A program made the position numbers and the translations under genes. From NCBI GenBank assembly GCA_963825055.1, contig CAWGSK010000012.1:224001-288000 (forward strand): a stretch of 64,000 nucleotides of DNA, written 5' to 3'. Positions 57,408 to 64,000 of this stretch are shown here, piece after piece (positions within the stretch are counted from its first letter, which is position 1; the number at the start of each line of letters is the position of its first letter). The notes beneath the pieces were generated by a model. The model was not told the origin of the DNA, made no database searches, and saw nothing but the letters and a program-made list of their open reading frames with translations. Origin of the DNA: an uncultured Gemmatimonadales bacterium (GTDB lineage Bacteria > Gemmatimonadota > Gemmatimonadetes > Gemmatimonadales > GWC2-71-9).

Positions 57408-57433
57408 CTCCACTCTCGACCTCTCGACCTCTC
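57408..57433 (+). repeat. Right arm, CTCGACCT, downstream of the four-helix-bundle gene
   Basis: CTCCACT CTCGACCT CTCGACCT CTC. The unit is the exact reverse complement of the left-arm unit. Confidence 0.88.
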
Positions 57434-57434
57434 T

Positions 57435-59498
<2,064 letters not shown>

Positions 59499-59526
59499 GG
59501 TCTCAGCGGAGTGAGGGTGAGCGGCA

Positions 59527-60093
59527 TCAGCGATTGAACTGGTTCATGGCGAACTCGATACCGTCGGTCAGCCAGGTCTCCACGGCCAGGGCCATGGGGT
59601 CGAGCAACTCCTCCAGCGCGGCGGACTCGTCCGGGGCAAACCCGGCCAGGACGAAATCTGCCAGATCGTCAGCATCCGGGGGCAGGGGACCCACCCCGAT
59701 CCTGAGCCGGGCATAGTCCTGCCGGCGGAGGGCGCCCTCGATGCTCTTGAGCCCGTTGTGGCCCCCGGCGGAGCCGGCGCCACGGAGGCGGAAGCGCCCC
59801 AGCGGGAGGGCCACGTCGTCCACCAGGACCAGCAGGTCCAGCGCGGGGTCGAACCCCGGTATGGCACGGAGCGGAGCCAAAGCGGCCCCGCTCCGGTTCA
59901 TGTACGTCAGCGGTTTGATGAGGCGAACCTCGTGCCCCTCGCGCCGGCCGGCCGTCACCCGGGCGGCGCCATCGCGGCGGAACGCCGGGAACGCCCACCG
60001 CCGGGCCACGAAGTCCGCCAGCCGGTAGCCCGCGTTGTGGCGGGTGGCGGCGTATTCCGGGCCGGGGTTGCCGAGTCCCACGATGGCCCGCAG
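59527..60093 (-). CDS. pth: Peptidyl-tRNA hydrolase
   Basis: (M)[38 protein letters not shown]. Probable CTG start at 60093. Confidence 0.94.
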   Translation of the reverse strand: MRAIVGLGNPGPEYAATRHNAGYRLADFVARRWAFPAFRRDGAARVTAGRREGHEVRLIKPLTYMNRSGAALAPLRAIPGFDPALDLLVLVDDVALPLGRFRLRGAGSAGGHNGLKSIEGALRRQDYARLRIGVGPLPPDADDLADFVLAGFAPDESAALEELLDPMALAVETWLTDGIEFAMNQFNR

Positions 60094-60096
60094 GAC

Positions 60097-60756
60097 TCAG
60101 TCCTCTTCTTCGGTTTCCTCGTCCTCGTCCTTGGCCTTCCGGATGAGTTCGGGCTCCGCCGTGGTCTCTTCCTCGACCTCGACCGGCTCCTCCTCCACCC
60201 GCGGGGGCACGACCGTGCAGACCGGAAGGTCGGGATCGTTCAGGATGGTGCCGTTCTCGAGGGGCACGTCGCGCACGAAGATCGAGTGTCCGATGGTGAG
60301 TGCGGTGACGTCCACGTCGATGCTCGACGGGATGTCGCCCGGCAGGCACTCGACCTCGAGCTCGCGGAGGGCCTGGTCGAGCACGCCGCCGCCGTTGCGG
60401 ACGCCGTCGGCAATGCCGACGAGGTGCACGGGCACGTCAACCGTGACCGTTTCATCCGCGCGAACCTCGTAGAGGTCCACGTGCAGGATATCGACCGGCT
60501 TGACCGGGTTGCGCTGGACTTCGCGGATCAGCGCCTTGACCGGCTCGCCGCCGTCCACCAGCACGTCGATGACGGTGCTGCCGCCCGCGACGTTCAGGAC
60601 TTTCTGCAGGCCCGGACTGTCGATCGCCAGGGCGCGCGCCTCGCGCCCGTGCCCGTAGATCACCGCGGGAACCTTGCCTTCGCGCCGCAGCGTCCGCGCT
60701 GCGCCCTTGCCCGTATCCCGGCGGCTCTCGACCGCCAGGCTCACCTGGTCTGCCAT
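60097..60756 (-). CDS. rplY: 50S ribosomal protein L25 (Ctc type)
   Basis: GKGAARTLRREGKVPAVIYG, HVDL, GG.LDQ, acidic tail. Confidence 0.95.
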   Translation of the reverse strand: MADQVSLAVESRRDTGKGAARTLRREGKVPAVIYGHGREARALAIDSPGLQKVLNVAGGSTVIDVLVDGGEPVKALIREVQRNPVKPVDILHVDLYEVRADETVTVDVPVHLVGIADGVRNGGGVLDQALRELEVECLPGDIPSSIDVDVTALTIGHSIFVRDVPLENGTILNDPDLPVCTVVPPRVEEEPVEVEEETTAEPELIRKAKDEDEETEEED

Positions 60757-60772
60757 GGATTTCCGTCCCTCG

Positions 60773-61726
60773 TCAGTCGAACAGCGAGCTTACCGACTGG
60801 TCGCTGTGTGTGTAGCCGATCGCCTTGGCCAGGAGGCCGGCGATCGAGAGAACCTTCAACTGCCTGAACTGCCGCTCCGGCGGGAGCTGGATCGTGTTCG
60901 TCACGACCACCTCGGCCACCGGACTGGCCTGCAGCCGCTCCACCGCCGGGCCCGACAACAGGGCATGCGTGGCGCAGCAGTACACGTTGTTGGCCCCCAG
61001 GCGCTTCAGCGCGTGGATCGCCTCCGTCATCGTGCCCCCGGTATCGATCATGTCGTCCGGGATGAGGCAGTCACGCCCGTCCACCTGGCCGACCACGTTG
61101 GCCACCTCGGCCACGTTGGCGGAGGGGCGCCGCTTGTCGATGATCGCCAACGAGGCGTTGAGCCGCTTGGCGAACCCGCGGGCCATCTTTGCGCTCCCGA
61201 CATCCGGCGCGACCACCACCGGGTCCTTCAGGCCGAGCTGCCGGAAGTAGTTCGTGAACACCGGCGCGGCGTACAGGTGGTCCACGGGGAGGTCGAAGAA
61301 CCCCTGCATCTGGTGCTGGTGAAAATCCATCGCCAGCACCCGGTCCGCCCCGGCCACCGAGATCATGTTCGCAATCAGCTTCGCGCTGATTGCCACCCGG
61401 GGCTGGTCCTTCCGGTCCTGCCGGGCATACCCGAAGTAGGGCATGACCGGGGTCACCCGGGCCGCGCTTGCCCGCCGGGCGGCGTCCATGAGGAGCAGCA
61501 GCTCCATGAGGTTCTCGGCCGGCGGGTTGGTGGGCTGGATAATGTACACATCCCGCCCCCGCACGTTCTCGTCGATCTTCACGAACAGCTCGCCATCGGC
61601 GAACCGTCGCGTCGTCACACGACAAAGCGGCTGCCCGAGATGGGACGCCACTTCCTCCGCCAGGGGCCGGTTGGCCGACCCGCTGAGCAGGAGTATCTGG
61701 CTGCGCGACATCGCTAGATCGGCCAT
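60773..61726 (-). CDS. prs: Ribose-phosphate pyrophosphokinase
   Basis: FADGE, PYFGYARQDRK, APDVG, DDMIDTGGT. Confidence 0.96.
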   Translation of the reverse strand: MADLAMSRSQILLLSGSANRPLAEEVASHLGQPLCRVTTRRFADGELFVKIDENVRGRDVYIIQPTNPPAENLMELLLLMDAARRASAARVTPVMPYFGYARQDRKDQPRVAISAKLIANMISVAGADRVLAMDFHQHQMQGFFDLPVDHLYAAPVFTNYFRQLGLKDPVVVAPDVGSAKMARGFAKRLNASLAIIDKRRPSANVAEVANVVGQVDGRDCLIPDDMIDTGGTMTEAIHALKRLGANNVYCCATHALLSGPAVERLQASPVAEVVVTNTIQLPPERQFRQLKVLSIAGLLAKAIGYTHSDQSVSSLFD

Positions 61727-61779
61727 AATACAGCCTTCCAAAATAACCGGGTCATTCCGGGGGAGTCAATGAAGGGGGA

Positions 61780-61850
61780 TTGGCCCTGGTGGATTCGAAC
61801 CACCATTCTCAGATCCAAAGTCTGATGTCCTGCCATTGGACGAAGGGCCA
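61780..61850 (-). tRNA. tRNA-Gln(TTG)
   Basis: Cloverleaf: TGGCCCT/AGGGCCA acceptor stem, GTCC/GGAC D arm, TCAGA-CTTTGGA-TCTGA, GGTGG-TTCGAAT-CCACC. CCA not encoded. Classical ispE-tRNA-Gln-prs position. Confidence 0.96.
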
Positions 61851-61886
61851 GAGCTGCCGGATAACGTAACCCTTTAACAGAAAGGC

Positions 61887-61961
61887 GTAAACGGTGAACG
61901 GTAAACAGTGAACGGGGTGGCTGAGGCGGGGACGCTTCACCGTTGACTGTTCACCGTTCAC
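61887..61961. repeat. Bipartite inverted heptamer repeat, GTGAACG family
   Basis: Left GTAAACG GTGAACG GTAAACA GTGAACG; right CTTCAC CGTTGAC TGTTCAC CGTTCAC (the last unit contains the ispE stop). Confidence 0.9.
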
Positions 61962-62815
61962 GCGGTCTGGACCGGGATTGTCCGTCCAAGTTTCGGGCTC
62001 AGCATCATCTTCGCGTCGTCACGTTCGCGGGCCGTGCGATACACCGCAAACAGGGTCGAGCCCGAGCCGGTCATCCGGCACAGCACGGGGTGGGTGTTGA
62101 CCAGCGCCTCGTAGCCCGCCCGGATCGCGGGGTGGTGGCTCCACACCACCGATTCGAACTCGTTTCCCGCCAACCGTCCGATGCTGCCCCAGCTGGACAG
62201 GGCCTCGAGGTCCAGCGCCACGGCCCCGCGCGAGGTGCCCGCCGAACGGGCCTGGTCCACCCAGAGATACGCGTCAGGGGTCCCGACGCGAACCGGCGGC
62301 ACGAGCAGCAGGGCAGGCGCCTTCGGCAGGGGTGGGAGGCGGAACATCCGCTCACCCCGGCCCCAGGACAGCGCCAGAGACCCGCCGCCGACGAAGAACG
62401 GCACGTCACTGCCGAGCCGGGCGGCAAACTGGAGCAGCTCATGCTGTGGCACTGCATGGCCGGCGATCTGGTTGACCGCCAGGAGCGCACCGGCGGCGTC
62501 CGCCGAGCCCCCGCCGAGGCCGGCCTGGGCGGGGATGCGCTTGGTGAGACGGAGTCGCACACCATGCCGGCGACCGGTGGCGGCCAGGACCATCTCCGCC
62601 GCGCGGACGGCGAGGTTCTCCTCCGGGGGGCCCAGGTCGGTCGCGTCGGTGTCCAGCTCGACTCCGGAGTCCAGCCGCTCGGCCTCCAGGGTATCGGCCA
62701 GGTCAATCAGGCAGAACAGGGTTTCCAGGCCATGGTATCCGTCTTCTTGCCGGGAGAGCACCCGGAGGAAGAGGTTGAGTTTGGCCCGGCACTCCACCCG
62801 CACCGGGTGGCTCAC
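61958..62815 (-). CDS. ispE: 4-(cytidine 5'-diphospho)-2-C-methyl-D-erythritol kinase
   Basis: AKLNLFL..DGYH, KRIPAQAGLGGGSADAA, GSDVPFF, MTGSGS; GTG 62815. Confidence 0.95.
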   Translation of the reverse strand: MSHPVRVECRAKLNLFLRVLSRQEDGYHGLETLFCLIDLADTLEAERLDSGVELDTDATDLGPPEENLAVRAAEMVLAATGRRHGVRLRLTKRIPAQAGLGGGSADAAGALLAVNQIAGHAVPQHELLQFAARLGSDVPFFVGGGSLALSWGRGERMFRLPPLPKAPALLLVPPVRVGTPDAYLWVDQARSAGTSRGAVALDLEALSSWGSIGRLAGNEFESVVWSHHPAIRAGYEALVNTHPVLCRMTGSGSTLFAVYRTARERDDAKMMLSPKLGRTIPVQTA

Positions 62816-63852
62816 GCGGTGGCTTCCTTCTGGAGCGATCGCAGGCCGAGTCCGGTACGGACCAGGGACCAGGCGCCGAGGAGGGTGATGGGGAGGAAGG
62901 TGGTGGCGTGGTAAACGAGCGCGTAGGACACCGCGCGGCCCTCGGTCACGCCGTACAGAACCAGGACGGCGCGGATGGCCAGCTCGAAAGCTCCTACGAA
63001 GCCGGGAGCGGTCGGGACGGTGATCGCCAGGGCGAGAATGCCCTGCATGACCAGCGCACCCGCGAAGTCGACGGGAATCTGGAAGGCGCTGAAGGCGACA
63101 TGGAAGGAAGCGGCGTTCACCAGCCACAGGACGAGTGACCAGGCGATCGCGCCCAGCAGGCGCACCGGGGACTGGAGGGCCGAGAGGCCATGAATGAGAC
63201 CGTCAATGAGTGCCACGATCCGGCCGGCGATGCGCTCGGATGGGACCAGGCGCTTGACCATCCGCTCGGCGAACGCCGGAAACGCAACGACCAGCCCCGC
63301 CACCAGGAGGCAGCCCACGAACACCCCCCCCATGGTGCTGGCGATCCGGGTGAGCCGCACCCCACCGACGGTGGTGCCCGCCGGGAGGTCGGAGAAGAAG
63401 AGCCCCACCGCGAGCAGCGAGACGACCGCGACACCGTCGAAGAGCCGCTCTACTGCCACTGACGAGAGCGCGGAGGTCACCCGGGTGCGGGTGAGCCGGG
63501 CGGCGGTGATGCTCCGGATCACCTCACCGGCGCGGAACGGCAGCACGTTGTTGGCCATGAAGCCGATGGCCACCGCGTGCCAGAGCGAGCCGGCCGGCAG
63601 GCTCTGGCCGTCCTCGCCGTGCAGGAGAATCCGCCAGCGTACGAGCCGGATCCCGAATGTGGACGTTGCGATGACGACTGCGGCGAGAATGGGCAGCAGC
63701 CGTGCCTCGCGCAACTCGCGGAGGACCTCGCCCAGGTGGATGTCTCCCAGCGCCAGATAGAGGAAGACCCCCGAGGCCAGTACGGCCAGGACCAGTCGCC
63801 AGGCCTGTGCTCTCGGTGCGCCCGGGGGCGTTGGGGTGGGAGTGGCGGTCAC
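62812..63852 (-). CDS. Lysylphosphatidylglycerol synthase TM (flippase-like) protein
   Basis: RW..LL, NNVLPFRAGE, ERLFD, PTAPGFVGAFE. Confidence 0.9.
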   Translation of the reverse strand: MTATPTPTPPGAPRAQAWRLVLAVLASGVFLYLALGDIHLGEVLRELREARLLPILAAVVIATSTFGIRLVRWRILLHGEDGQSLPAGSLWHAVAIGFMANNVLPFRAGEVIRSITAARLTRTRVTSALSSVAVERLFDGVAVVSLLAVGLFFSDLPAGTTVGGVRLTRIASTMGGVFVGCLLVAGLVVAFPAFAERMVKRLVPSERIAGRIVALIDGLIHGLSALQSPVRLLGAIAWSLVLWLVNAASFHVAFSAFQIPVDFAGALVMQGILALAITVPTAPGFVGAFELAIRAVLVLYGVTEGRAVSYALVYHATTFLPITLLGAWSLVRTGLGLRSLQKEATA

Positions 63853-64000
63853 ACGCCGCCGGAAGACTCGTGCTGGGCCAGCGCCACGAGGTCGTGCAGT
63901 TCTGCCACGAGGGGGCGCACCCGCCTGGGATCGTCAGTTTCCCCGAACAGCCGGGCGAGGTCGCGGCTGACTTCGCGAGCCCGTCGAATGGCTCCATCGC
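63849..64000 (-). CDS. C-terminus of a hypothetical protein entering from the right edge
   Basis: Open frame ...AIRRAREVSRDL...LVAELHDLVALAQHESSGGV*; its stop overlaps the GTG of the next gene. Confidence 0.6.
   Translation of the reverse strand, partial: DGAIRRAREVSRDLARLFGETDDPRRVRPLVAELHDLVALAQHESSGGV

Overview
High-GC bacterial chromosome segment. Gene content and order suggest Gemmatimonadota, which is an inference. It is mostly core genome: translation genes (rpmE-prfA-prmC, rpsF-rpsR-rplI, rsfS, rplY-pth, ychF, arfB, ABC-F, tRNA-Gln), smc, tmk, prs, ispE, DAHP synthase, a membrane pyrophosphatase, lolA and lnt. It also carries secreted and outer-membrane proteins, an ECF sigma/anti-sigma/VIT-VWA operon and a Crp/MBL/HD-GYP cluster. 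I found no transposase, integrase, reverse transcriptase or CRISPR array. The most unusual signal is non-coding. About 14 intergenic gaps carry degenerate 7-, 8- or 9-nt tandem repeats, usually a G-rich left arm followed by a C-rich right arm, abutting start or stop codons. At 56905-57433 the two arms of the AGGTCGAG family enclose a four-helix-bundle (23S-IVP/Avd-like) gene, while the same arms occur empty at 36829-36932 and 38720-38866. This suggests a repeat-bounded cassette system. Other notable features are a frameshifted SDR, three probable non-canonical start codons and a GTAG-REP interrupted by an octamer tract with a 14-bp duplication.
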